Made by a program: the position numbers and the translations under genes. Of a DNA stretch of 53,912 bases, positions 30,640 to 38,540 are shown piece by piece. A model generated the notes under the pieces. The model saw only the letters and a list, made by a program, of their open reading frames with translations, ran no database searches and was not told the origin of the DNA. The DNA comes from a virus (lineage: Duplodnaviria; Caudoviricetes), in the IMG/VR virus record IMGVR_UViG_3300025138_000052, positions 1 through 53,912 of that record, one strand, 5' to 3'. Each line of letters starts with the position of its first letter. The stretch's first letter is position 1.

Positions 30640-31007
30640 TGTTTTTAATAGACACTTATTTAGATAAAAGCAAAATACAAGGTATAGGAGTGTTTGCAAA
30701 TGAAAACATAAAAAAAGGTCAATTGATAAAAGAAGTTAGACCAGATTTTGAAATAGAATTTAATAAAGATAACCTTCCTAAAATACCTTTGGCTCTTGCA
30801 AAATTTATTGACACGCACGGTTATGAAAGAGAGTTGGGATCTAAAATTTTAGTTATGGGAATTGATAATGAAAAATATTTAAATCACAGTAAGGATCCAT
30901 CAGTTAATGATGAGGGTATTGCCTTAAAAAATATAAAAATAGGCGACGAAATAACTATAGACTATAGGGAATTTGATGATAGCATTGAAAAATTATGTCT
31001 TACTTAA
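30639..31007 (+). CDS. SET-domain protein (putative lysine methyltransferase)
   Basis: S.I.G.GVFA..I.KG, YLNHS..P, ALKNI..GDEITIDY. Confidence 0.85.
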   Translation: MFLIDTYLDKSKIQGIGVFANENIKKGQLIKEVRPDFEIEFNKDNLPKIPLALAKFIDTHGYERELGSKILVMGIDNEKYLNHSKDPSVNDEGIALKNIKIGDEITIDYREFDDSIEKLCLT

Positions 31008-31639
31008 ATGCAAATATACCACCAACATACGCCCAAATAAGGAAAGAATATTTATATGACTGTAAAAAACATCATGGAGAAGTTGAAGACTGTATTATCT
31101 TCGGTATCACCAGCATGGGAAGCCGTGCAATACTATGGCACGCTCTTATGGAAAACGGTGCAGTATTCTATCGCCTGCCTATTAGCGCATTTATCCAACG
31201 TGGTTTCAAAGTCGAAGACGTACCACGAAGACGATTGGATGAACTGGAGCTTTGGAATTCTTTTAGTTATTATCCTGCTGTTACTAGTTGGAATCTTTTA
31301 AGCGCAGCTTCAGGAAAATACATAGGAAAAGATAAGAAATGGCATTCTGGTAAATATTTATTTACTGTTGACTGGGCACACCCAGATGCTAATATGCTAG
31401 ATACTGATCATTCAGAGATCCCACACGAACATAAGTGTGCACACATCATCGCTTTAGATGATGGAAACTATGCGGCCCAACCAAACAATAGATGCATTTG
31501 GGACCTACCTTCATTCACGGTAAAAGATAATACTCCTGATTGGAAAGTACAAACTAATGAATGGAATGTAGAAGACACCGGAGCCTGGAAAACTGAAAAC
31601 ACAGATAATTTCTTCTATGAAATAGAGGAAAAAAAATGA
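30995..31639 (+). CDS. Conserved hypothetical phage protein
   Basis: YLNANIP..R.EYLY..Y.FTVDW..EHKC.H..AQPNNR. Confidence 0.7.
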   Translation: MSYLNANIPPTYAQIRKEYLYDCKKHHGEVEDCIIFGITSMGSRAILWHALMENGAVFYRLPISAFIQRGFKVEDVPRRRLDELELWNSFSYYPAVTSWNLLSAASGKYIGKDKKWHSGKYLFTVDWAHPDANMLDTDHSEIPHEHKCAHIIALDDGNYAAQPNNRCIWDLPSFTVKDNTPDWKVQTNEWNVEDTGAWKTENTDNFFYEIEEKK

Positions 31640-31651
31640 GGAATATAAGTT

Positions 31652-31951
31652 ATGAACATTGCAGAACTATTCAAAAAGAATTTTGTATTAGTGCCGGTTA
31701 TAGCATCTGTGCTGTTCGGAACGTTTACTGGTGTTAAGTACGTAGTTAATTTAACAGACACAATTAATTCTAATCAAATTCAGATAGTAAATCTTCAAAG
31801 AGATTTAAAAGTTGCTGCAAATAAAATTACAGATCAAAACACAAGACTAACTTCTGCGGAATCTACGTGGCAGATGGCAGAGAATCTTTATCGACAGCTC
31901 GCCGACCAGGTACGGGAACATAGCTACGATATAAAAGATTTAAATAGGTAG
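31652..31951 (+). CDS. Membrane-anchored coiled-coil protein
   Basis: N-terminal TM plus heptad repeats. Confidence 0.6.
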   Translation: MNIAELFKKNFVLVPVIASVLFGTFTGVKYVVNLTDTINSNQIQIVNLQRDLKVAANKITDQNTRLTSAESTWQMAENLYRQLADQVREHSYDIKDLNR

Positions 31952-31955
31952 TCAT

Positions 31956-32483
31956 ATGGAGAGTCTTAGGATGAACTACAAATTTACTGCATTATTAATT
32001 ATAATGATAACACTACTAGCTTTTTTTGGTGGACCTGCACATAGTAAAAACGAGTATCTTAATGAGTATGGTGCAAGATGTGGAGATTTTGAAACTAGAG
32101 TAGAGAAAGAAGATAGAAATAATGATTATAGACATTATAGTAACAACAATAATTACGATAGTGATAGTGAAAATTATAGATTAAGTTTTACTTACAGAAA
32201 ATATTTAGGTGTAGATTGTAAAACTATAAAAGAAAATGTAGATTTAAAACAACAACTAGAGTTGATGAAGATGTGTGGTAGAGTTAATAACAATCCTAGT
32301 CTTGCACAAAATAAAAATTTTAAATTATTAGTATCAAAGTGTAGAGGTGTTACCCCAATAACTGATAGAGATAGACCAGATAATTCTAAAAGTGCCTGGG
32401 ATGATTTAAAAGAGACTTATAAAAAAGAAAACCCAGATATTAAATTAATGGGTGATAAATTTATAGGACCTAAAAATGAATAG
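31956..32483 (+). CDS. Exported protein with signal peptide
   Basis: Hydrophobic leader ending PAHS; four Cys; true start may be 31971. Confidence 0.6.
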   Translation: MESLRMNYKFTALLIIMITLLAFFGGPAHSKNEYLNEYGARCGDFETRVEKEDRNNDYRHYSNNNNYDSDSENYRLSFTYRKYLGVDCKTIKENVDLKQQLELMKMCGRVNNNPSLAQNKNFKLLVSKCRGVTPITDRDRPDNSKSAWDDLKETYKKENPDIKLMGDKFIGPKNE

Positions 32484-32664
32484 GAAGACTAACACGATGC
32501 TAATTGCTTTACTGGGCACCATTTTAATGGGGTTAGCCACGTGGACACTGGTCACACTAATAGAATTGTCAACCATCGTGGCCATGCTACAGCAAGAAAT
32601 GATGGACCTGGACAAGGTAATAGGTCGAATCTATTCTCATATGGATCGCATAGCAGATAGATGA
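32476..32664 (+). CDS. Small membrane protein
   Basis: N-terminal TM. Confidence 0.55.
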   Translation: MNRKTNTMLIALLGTILMGLATWTLVTLIELSTIVAMLQQEMMDLDKVIGRIYSHMDRIADR

Positions 32665-32873
32665 AATTTATATTAATTATTTATGCCTGCTCTGTTGTTT
32701 ACGGAGCTTGTGGTGAAGGGGTACAGGACTTAGAATTGTATGATACTCATAAAGAATGTATGTTAGCTGGCTATCAAACATCTATTGATGCTATTAATAC
32801 TTTAGAAGAATCTTTGATTAATCAAGAAAAAATATTTTATAAATTTAATTGTTTATTCACATCTAATTCTTAG
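32661..32873 (+). CDS. Small exported Cys-containing protein
   Basis: MKFILII..C..C..EC..C. Confidence 0.55.
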   Translation: MKFILIIYACSVVYGACGEGVQDLELYDTHKECMLAGYQTSIDAINTLEESLINQEKIFYKFNCLFTSNS

Positions 32874-32908
32874 TGTGATAAATAAAAGTATAACAATAAG
32901 GATAACTC

Positions 32909-33061
32909 ATGGGACAACCACTAACAGGCAAATGCAGTAAATGTGCAGAAGATTTTTTTATAACAGATAATCAATTTTTTTGTGATAAATGTAAACCAAA
33001 GAAAAAAGAAACACTTGATGATCTTGACAAAGACAGCGATGAATGTTTAAGTTGTCAATAA
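32909..33061 (+). CDS. 50-aa Cys-rich peptide ending DSDECLSCQ (not in ORF track)
   Basis: AAGGA RBS; three CxxC pairs; TAATG-coupled to the next gene. Confidence 0.65.
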   Translation: MGQPLTGKCSKCAEDFFITDNQFFCDKCKPKKKETLDDLDKDSDECLSCQ

Positions 33062-33276
33062 TGAAAGTTCAATTTAATAAATTAGACATCGTGCATGGTA
33101 TATGTCCTACTTGTGAGGAACAAGTTTTGCTAATAAGTCTTAGTATGGATTTTTATAAGTGTGTCGAATGTGGTGCAGAACTACAGCAACATGTTAATGG
33201 AAAGATTAGTTATTTACCTGTCGTACACACCACCAAAAAAAAGAACTCTTTAGTGAAAAATTTGTTTGAAGAATAA
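33061..33276 (+). CDS. Zinc-ribbon protein
   Basis: CPTC..CVEC; ATG at 33061. Confidence 0.65.
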   Translation: MKVQFNKLDIVHGICPTCEEQVLLISLSMDFYKCVECGAELQQHVNGKISYLPVVHTTKKKNSLVKNLFEE

Positions 33277-33404
33277 TGGCTAAGACTAAAGGAGACGAGT
33301 TTACACCTAGAACAAAAAACCGTAAACGTCCGGGAAGACACACAAAAAGCCTTAATAAAAGCCAAAAATTGAGCTATAAAAAATATCGAGGACAAGGGCG
33401 TTGA
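33276..33404 (+). CDS. 42-aa basic peptide ending KKYRGQGR (not in ORF track)
   Basis: TAATG-coupled; MAKTKG..RKRPGRH.K.LNK..KKYRGQGR. Confidence 0.65.
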   Translation: MAKTKGDEFTPRTKNRKRPGRHTKSLNKSQKLSYKKYRGQGR

Positions 33405-33430
33405 CAATTATCATATAATATCCTATAAAT
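33401..33430 (+). promoter_or_regulatory. Sigma70-type promoter with ATCCTA site
   Basis: TTGACA-N17-TATAAA, with ATATCCTA overlapping the -10. Confidence 0.65.
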
Positions 33431-33435
33431 AAAAC

Positions 33436-33666
33436 ATGAAAGGAACTTATATGATAAAAGAACTAATAACATACAATCGTGGATTAAAAAACTTTGTTGA
33501 AGGAAAAATAATCCAATACATGGGAATACCATTTGAAGAACAAAATTCAGAACCTTTGTTTAACATAATTAATAAATATTTAGACGAAGCAGAAATCATA
33601 CAACTAAGAATAAATACTCTAGAAAGGATGGCCGATGTCGCAAAGAAAAGTAACACTAGTTTGTAA
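33436..33666 (+). CDS. Hypothetical protein
   Basis: Downstream of the promoter; start may be the second Met. Confidence 0.5.
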   Translation: MKGTYMIKELITYNRGLKNFVEGKIIQYMGIPFEEQNSEPLFNIINKYLDEAEIIQLRINTLERMADVAKKSNTSL

Positions 33667-33823
33667 GAATATATCACAAAAACAGTGGTCTAATCTTATC
33701 TTAGAATTGAACCTGATGAAAAAAGCCTGGGCTCCTTACGCAGGAATAAATATAGAAGGACACGGGATCAAGAAAATAATTGATTGGGGCACGAATAGTA
33801 CTTCTGAAAAATATAAAGTGTAA
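33635..33823 (+). CDS. Hypothetical protein
   Basis: KQWS.L.LELNL.KKAW..Y. Confidence 0.55.
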   Translation: MSQRKVTLVCKNISQKQWSNLILELNLMKKAWAPYAGINIEGHGIKKIIDWGTNSTSEKYKV

Positions 33824-34042
33824 ATGAAAGAATTAATTATACTTATTTTAATGTATGACGGCACGTTAATACATCAAAAATTAACATTACCACCTATAAA
33901 TATATCTGTTCATGAATGCTTAGAATTCTCAGATAAATACAGAGAACGCCATAGTATTTATAAAACATTTGAGGACCCTAAAAAAAATGGGCATTATTTA
34001 AAAGATGGTAGAGGGACTATTCAAGGTTTTATATGCCAGTGA
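33824..34042 (+). CDS. Hypothetical protein
   Basis: Hydrophobic N-terminus, Cys pair. Confidence 0.5.
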   Translation: MKELIILILMYDGTLIHQKLTLPPINISVHECLEFSDKYRERHSIYKTFEDPKKNGHYLKDGRGTIQGFICQ

Positions 34043-34052
34043 ATATAAAAGA

Positions 34053-34090
34053 TTGACATTACAGTTATATAGGATATATCCTATATTATA
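34053..34090 (+). promoter_or_regulatory. Promoter with a perfect 20-bp palindromic operator
   Basis: TTGACA at 34053; ATATAGGATATATCCTATAT at 34067-34086. Confidence 0.7.
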
Positions 34091-34114
34091 TAAACAAATG
34101 AAAGAGGTAAACAA

Positions 34115-34288
34115 ATGACCGATATAACTAAATATAAAAATATATCTTTAAAACATATAGACTATAATCTGATCGATAAAATAAGAAGGGTTTTAGTTCC
34201 TAATATGATTCTAAGTAGATCACAAACAGTAAGCATTATTATTAATGAGAAAGCGAAGAAATTAAATGGAAAACTTAAAAAAGCCTAA
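34115..34288 (+). CDS. 57-aa candidate ribbon-helix-helix regulator (not in ORF track)
   Basis: GAGG RBS; KYKNISL strand, helix, then SRSQTV.III helix. Confidence 0.55.
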   Translation: MTDITKYKNISLKHIDYNLIDKIRRVLVPNMILSRSQTVSIIINEKAKKLNGKLKKA

Positions 34289-34457
34289 AGCAATATGCCC
34301 TACGTGTAGGGGAAATGGTTATATTAAAGTACCTTTTGAGTTAACTAGAGAATATGTGACTGCACAATGTACGGTGTGTCATAGTCAAGGTGAGATTGAC
34401 GAAGATAAGATTAAAGATATTGTCATAGACTCAGATGGTTTTCACAGCCTACAATAA
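34266..34457 (+). CDS. DnaJ-type zinc finger protein
   Basis: CPTCRGNG..CTVCHSQG. Confidence 0.65.
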   Translation: MENLKKPKAICPTCRGNGYIKVPFELTREYVTAQCTVCHSQGEIDEDKIKDIVIDSDGFHSLQ

Positions 34458-34714
34458 TGAAAAAGGTATTTAAAGTGAGTGAAGAAGATATAAAAAGAAT
34501 ACAGGAACAACAAAGAGGACCCTTGGATTTAGAACAAAGGATCGAGGACCTTATCAAACAAAAAGAATATTTGCAGTTCCAGTGTCGTAAGGCAGCGACG
34601 GCGATACTAGAGCAAGAAGTTAAATATAACTCTTTAGTTAAAGAGTTTGATAAATTAAATGAAGAAAATGATAATTTAAAAATTGTACTTTCTAATCAAA
34701 AGGATGCCAAATAA
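34457..34714 (+). CDS. Coiled-coil hypothetical protein
   Basis: Coupled; heptad pattern. Confidence 0.55.
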   Translation: MKKVFKVSEEDIKRIQEQQRGPLDLEQRIEDLIKQKEYLQFQCRKAATAILEQEVKYNSLVKEFDKLNEENDNLKIVLSNQKDAK

Positions 34715-35024
34715 AAAACAAATAAAAGGTGAGCGTGCTGAGCTAATTGCTGCTGAGTATTTTATGGATTTAGGATATTTAGTAGCTCGTAACATGTCGA
34801 GTAATGGCACCGTTGATTTAGTCTTAGTGGACGAAGATGATACAGGAGGAATTATTTTAGTAGATGTAAAAGCTTTTTCGGTTCGAGCTAAAACTGGATG
34901 GAAAGTTGGTAGAGTTCTTACTGACAAACAAAAAAAATTAAACGTACAATTAATTTTTGTTAACTTGGATACTAAAAAAGTATCTTTTGATCATATAGAT
35001 ATGGATAGAAAGGATTTAAATTAA
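34704..35024 (+). CDS. PD-(D/E)xK endonuclease (YraN/Hjc-like)
   Basis: KG..AE..A..GY.V..DLV..VDVK; ATG at 34704. Confidence 0.7.
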   Translation: MPNKKQIKGERAELIAAEYFMDLGYLVARNMSSNGTVDLVLVDEDDTGGIILVDVKAFSVRAKTGWKVGRVLTDKQKKLNVQLIFVNLDTKKVSFDHIDMDRKDLN

Positions 35025-35031
35025 AACTATT

Positions 35032-35175
35032 ATGGGTACCAATCCAGTAGCAAAGCACTTAAATAAGTTTAACAAGCCGAAGAGGATTGAAGACAAACGT
35101 TATAAAAAACAAATAAAAAGAATGATGAAAGAGTTACAAGAACAACAGGAGGCATATAAAAAACAATATGAGTAG
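35032..35175 (+). CDS. 47-aa basic protein with NPVAK motif (not in ORF track)
   Basis: MGTNPVAKHLNKFNKPKRIEDK..; overlaps the next start. Confidence 0.45.
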   Translation: MGTNPVAKHLNKFNKPKRIEDKRYKKQIKRMMKELQEQQEAYKKQYE

Positions 35176-35389
35176 AGAAAAAGGACGTAAATGGGACGGC
35201 AGATCTAGAATTCCTGATGATACCTACCGGAAAAATTGGGAAGATATTTTTAATTGTACTAAAGAAAAAAAGAAAAAACAATATAATGATTTTGATTCTT
35301 TTGATTCTAATTGGAGTACTTCTTATAAGGAAAAAGAATTAGATCCTGAGTCTCAAGAATATATTGACAGTTTAAAAGATAAACTATAA
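35168..35389 (+). CDS. Hypothetical protein
   Basis: WDGRSR....YR.NW..IF. Confidence 0.55.
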   Translation: MSREKGRKWDGRSRIPDDTYRKNWEDIFNCTKEKKKKQYNDFDSFDSNWSTSYKEKELDPESQEYIDSLKDKL

Positions 35390-35416
35390 ACTATAATTAG
35401 AAAGTGAGGAATAACT

Positions 35417-35599
35417 ATGAGTAATACATACACAGATAAGTTTAAAGAAGATCTATTTGAAAATCTATTGGAAGAAATACAGGAAAGATGTTTTGTAGGA
35501 TTAGATGCACTTGATGAACCTGTCTTTTCAAAAACGGATGAAGAAATTGAAGTAGAGGCTTCTGAGTTAGTAAATAATTTAGAAGTGGAACTTGAGTAA
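35417..35599 (+). CDS. Small acidic protein
   Basis: GTGAGGA RBS; Asp/Glu-rich. Confidence 0.55.
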   Translation: MSNTYTDKFKEDLFENLLEEIQERCFVGLDALDEPVFSKTDEEIEVEASELVNNLEVELE

Positions 35600-35730
35600 T
35601 TACAGAATAGAACGTGGGAGATTTCCTATGGGGATAGTGGTAGGTTCCTGACAATTAATGTCGACGTTGGTTCGGGGCCTTCGTTCTTGTTTTTTTTACC
35701 CGTTAAATTAACTACTACCACAACTAACCT

Positions 35731-35904
35731 ATGAAAAAGAAAATATATACTAAAGAAACGTACAACAAGATTTTGCTGATACATAGCCAGTGGATGAAAA
35801 AAAATGAATATGATAATTGGAAAGAATGTGAGCGAGCAAGTAAAGACCGATTGAAATTGAGTTTTGCAGATAGAGTTAAGAAGCCGAATAATGTTAATAA
35901 ATAA
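35731..35904 (+). CDS. 57-aa hypothetical protein (not in ORF track)
   Basis: Open frame overlapping the exonuclease start; no clear RBS. Confidence 0.35.
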   Translation: MKKKIYTKETYNKILLIHSQWMKKNEYDNWKECERASKDRLKLSFADRVKKPNNVNK

Positions 35905-36571
35905 ACTTTATCAATACCCTAAGTCTATGCGTTCTGTGGTTAATGGTGGCAGACACTATGATATAGACGGTGATAAATTACCGAGCGTGACTACGATACT
36001 TTCAGCTTGTCAGACGGATGAAAAGAAAGCTTCTCTTGCAGCCTGGAAAGCTAGGTTGGGAGAAAAAGCTGCGGATGAGGTCAGGGATACTGCAGCCACT
36101 CGTGGAACCGCTATGCACACGTTTCTAGAGGGATATATTGACGGCACCGGGCACATGGACCTAACACCCCTGGGTAGACAAGCGGCTGTCATGGCCAACA
36201 AGATTATAGAACAAGGGCTCGGGGACCTGGAAGAAGTGTGGGGGCAAGAAGTAACTTTATATTACCCTGACCTCTATGCAGGGGCCACGGATATTGTAGG
36301 CATATATGATGGACAACCTGCAATTGTAGATTTTAAACAAAGCAACAAACCAAAAAGAAGAGAGTGGATAACTGATTATTTTGAACAGCTAGCAGCTTAT
36401 GCAATGGCACATAATCAAGTCTATGATACTAAAATACAGTCTGGAGTCATTTTAATGTGCACAAAAGATTATCTATTTCAGAAGTTTGAGGTGTCTGGAA
36501 TGGAATTTGTAAGGCATAAACACTCTTTTTTACGTAAAATAGACCAATATTATAAAATTGTATCTTCTTGA
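35891..36571 (+). CDS. PD-(D/E)xK exonuclease (MGME1/Cas4-like)
   Basis: PSVTTIL, RGT.MH, E..YAG.TD, IVDFK, QL.AY. Confidence 0.85.
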   Translation: MLINKLYQYPKSMRSVVNGGRHYDIDGDKLPSVTTILSACQTDEKKASLAAWKARLGEKAADEVRDTAATRGTAMHTFLEGYIDGTGHMDLTPLGRQAAVMANKIIEQGLGDLEEVWGQEVTLYYPDLYAGATDIVGIYDGQPAIVDFKQSNKPKRREWITDYFEQLAAYAMAHNQVYDTKIQSGVILMCTKDYLFQKFEVSGMEFVRHKHSFLRKIDQYYKIVSS

Positions 36572-36805
36572 AAAGACCCTCCAGATACAATTATTGATCA
36601 ATGAAGTCAGTAAAACTGCGGGTTATAGGCGATTTAAATAATTGTATACTGATTTCTGTATAAAAAATAAAAAACTTTTTTATTTTTTTTTAAAACAGGG
36701 TACAAAAGGTACAAAAGCTAGAATTGTTATATACCAACACTTATTCGCTCAAATTTGTATCCTGGAGCAGGATACAATTGGATACAAAAGATACAATTGT
36801 ACTAA
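36556..36805. repeat. GRTACAA iteron-like array with an A/T-only tract (candidate origin)
   Basis: Eight GATACAA/GGTACAA copies in both orientations plus variants, in a non-coding gap. Confidence 0.6.
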
Positions 36806-36896
36806 AAACATAACAATACCAACGACTTAAGGGGCGCGAGACAACTTTTTTACATTTTTCAAATGAAAAATATCTGAGAGAATGTTATACTAACGT

Positions 36897-37232
36897 ATGA
36901 TTAAATCTAGGAGTAAGAAAAGAAAAACAAAGAACAAAAAAATAATACCCCTTAATTCTAAAGCCTCCACAGACGATATATCCAGGTACCCTTTCGTTGA
37001 AATAGAATGGTTTGATATTGAGTCAGATGCAAACTGGGTCGAAACAAAAGATTTAAGTGTAACAAAATTACCTCTATGTGTTTCAACAGGATATTTATTT
37101 AGTCAAAAGAAAGGTGTTACAAGAATTTTTTCTGATTATATTAAATCAAAAAACAAACCCACATTTGAAAATATTAGTGGAACAACAATAATACCTACTT
37201 CTGTTATTCAGTCGATTCGGAAGATTCGTTAG
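36897..37232 (+). CDS. Hypothetical phage protein
   Basis: V.I.W.DI....W..S.GY..IP..I..I. Confidence 0.6.
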   Translation: MIKSRSKKRKTKNKKIIPLNSKASTDDISRYPFVEIEWFDIESDANWVETKDLSVTKLPLCVSTGYLFSQKKGVTRIFSDYIKSKNKPTFENISGTTIIPTSVIQSIRKIR

Positions 37233-37722
37233 TTTCTGGTGCGGTTAAAGATTCTAATCTGTCTTTTTGTATTTCTTTAATACGTTTTATTTCTTCTAAT
37301 TTTTCAGCTCTAGTTAGATCATTTAAATTGCCATGAATATGTATATCCATGAATTGACCGGTTGCTTTACCTATTAAATTCTCAAACCCTAATGCCTTAT
37401 CAATCTTACCTTGTTGTACTAATTTCTCAGATAACACTTGCTGTCTTCTAACATAGTTATTTTTTGTTACTGTAAATGATCTGTTAACTTCATTTGATCT
37501 AGCCTGTAAGTACCTTTGAATTTTTGGGTTTTGCATGAGCTCCGACCCTTCTATTCTAGCTCGTTTAGGTTCGTATCCAGCTTGTATGGCCGCCTCTGTT
37601 CTAGTAGTCCTGCCTTCATTCATGATTAAATACTCACAAAATCTACGCTGCATTTCTGTAAGCTCTATTGGATAAGCCGCCTTTTTCTTGACAATTTCTT
37701 GACTCATACTTGCTTTATACAT
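37204..37722 (-). CDS. terS: Terminase small subunit
   Basis: LT..QR.FC..T.AA..AGY..L..P.I..Y HTH pattern; start may be the second Met. Confidence 0.75.
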   Translation of the reverse strand: MYKASMSQEIVKKKAAYPIELTEMQRRFCEYLIMNEGRTTRTEAAIQAGYEPKRARIEGSELMQNPKIQRYLQARSNEVNRSFTVTKNNYVRRQQVLSEKLVQQGKIDKALGFENLIGKATGQFMDIHIHGNLNDLTRAEKLEEIKRIKEIQKDRLESLTAPETNESSESTE

Positions 37723-37745
37723 AATATCTTATATAAACACAATAT

Positions 37746-37973
37746 ATGAAAGCAAAAGAATTAAGACAATATTTAGACAAATTCTTAACATCTCCCGCAG
37801 CTCAACAAGCTAGAGTTCAGTTTGAATTACCTAATGGTGAAAAATTAGACCTGTACGAAATTCAATTATTGGAAACTAGAATAATTGGTGATAGAGACAC
37901 GCACATTTTAAATTTAAAAGGAATTAAAAGAGGCGGCACTTGGAAGATGCCAAAGATTATCTCTAAATTATAG
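37746..37973 (+). CDS. Hypothetical protein
   Basis: ORF divergent from terS. Confidence 0.6.
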   Translation: MKAKELRQYLDKFLTSPAAQQARVQFELPNGEKLDLYEIQLLETRIIGDRDTHILNLKGIKRGGTWKMPKIISKL

Positions 37974-37984
37974 CAGAGGTTACC

Positions 37985-38422
37985 TTGGCTAAATTAGAGA
38001 AAGATTTGTGGTGTGAAGTTAAAAAATTTAAGAGCAAGATTAATTGGACAAGGCTGGAAAACCGTTGTTTATTTGGGACTCCTGACGTACTGGGTTACAA
38101 TAATAATGGACACTTTTTTCTTGTAGAGCTGAAGGTAACATCAGGTAACAAAATACGCTTTTCACCCCACCAAATAGCCTTTTTCGTACGTCATCCAAAA
38201 AACTCATTTGTCCTTGTTGCCCGGTCCCAGAAACCAGAACCAGGTTCAGAACCAGGTTCAGGAAAAAACAAAAATCGAAAAACAGGGCGGGCCCACCCTA
38301 AGCTTGTGCGCTTGTACCCTGGTTCCAGGATCCTGGAGCTTGTAGACTTAGGCCTCCAGCTTGAACCCTTGGCTTGTGGGCTTGAGGACTGCTTCGCCTT
38401 GCTTGAGGGCTTGGGAGCTTGA
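37985..38422 (+). CDS. VRR-NUC / Holliday junction resolvase-like nuclease
   Basis: GAGG RBS with TTG start; E..RLEN..G.PD..ELK..SPHQ.AF. Confidence 0.75.
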   Translation: MAKLEKDLWCEVKKFKSKINWTRLENRCLFGTPDVLGYNNNGHFFLVELKVTSGNKIRFSPHQIAFFVRHPKNSFVLVARSQKPEPGSEPGSGKNKNRKTGRAHPKLVRLYPGSRILELVDLGLQLEPLACGLEDCFALLEGLGA

Positions 38423-38539
38423 CGACTTACGGGAGGGCCCACCCTTTTTTTTAAGCTTGCACCCTTGCAAGCTTGTGGCCCAGCCCCCTGGCGGTTTATT
38501 ATTTTCATTGATTATTTTGATTAGATTTTTAAGTTTCAT
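38348..38539 (-). CDS. Hypothetical small protein running into the repeat block
   Basis: ATG immediately after the GP88 stop; C-terminus is repeat-derived. Confidence 0.35.
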   Translation of the reverse strand: MKLKNLIKIINENNKPPGGWATSLQGCKLKKKGGPSRKSSSSQALKQGEAVLKPTSQGFKLEA

Positions 38540-38540
38540 A

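Noticed and set aside
35032-35175. ArfA-like ribosome rescue factor
   Set aside because: Basic with an NPVAK start, but lacks the KGKGS motif; kept as hypothetical
35891-36571. Exonuclease as CRISPR-associated Cas4
   Set aside because: Lacks the four-Cys Fe-S pattern and any CRISPR context; ordinary phage PD-(D/E)xK exonuclease
36642-36830. 62-aa ORF across the iteron array
   Set aside because: TTG start, no RBS, sequence dictated by the repeats
38230-38262. Alphaproteobacterial LexA box
   Set aside because: GTTC/GAAC repeats are spaced N8 rather than N7 and lie inside a coding tandem repeat
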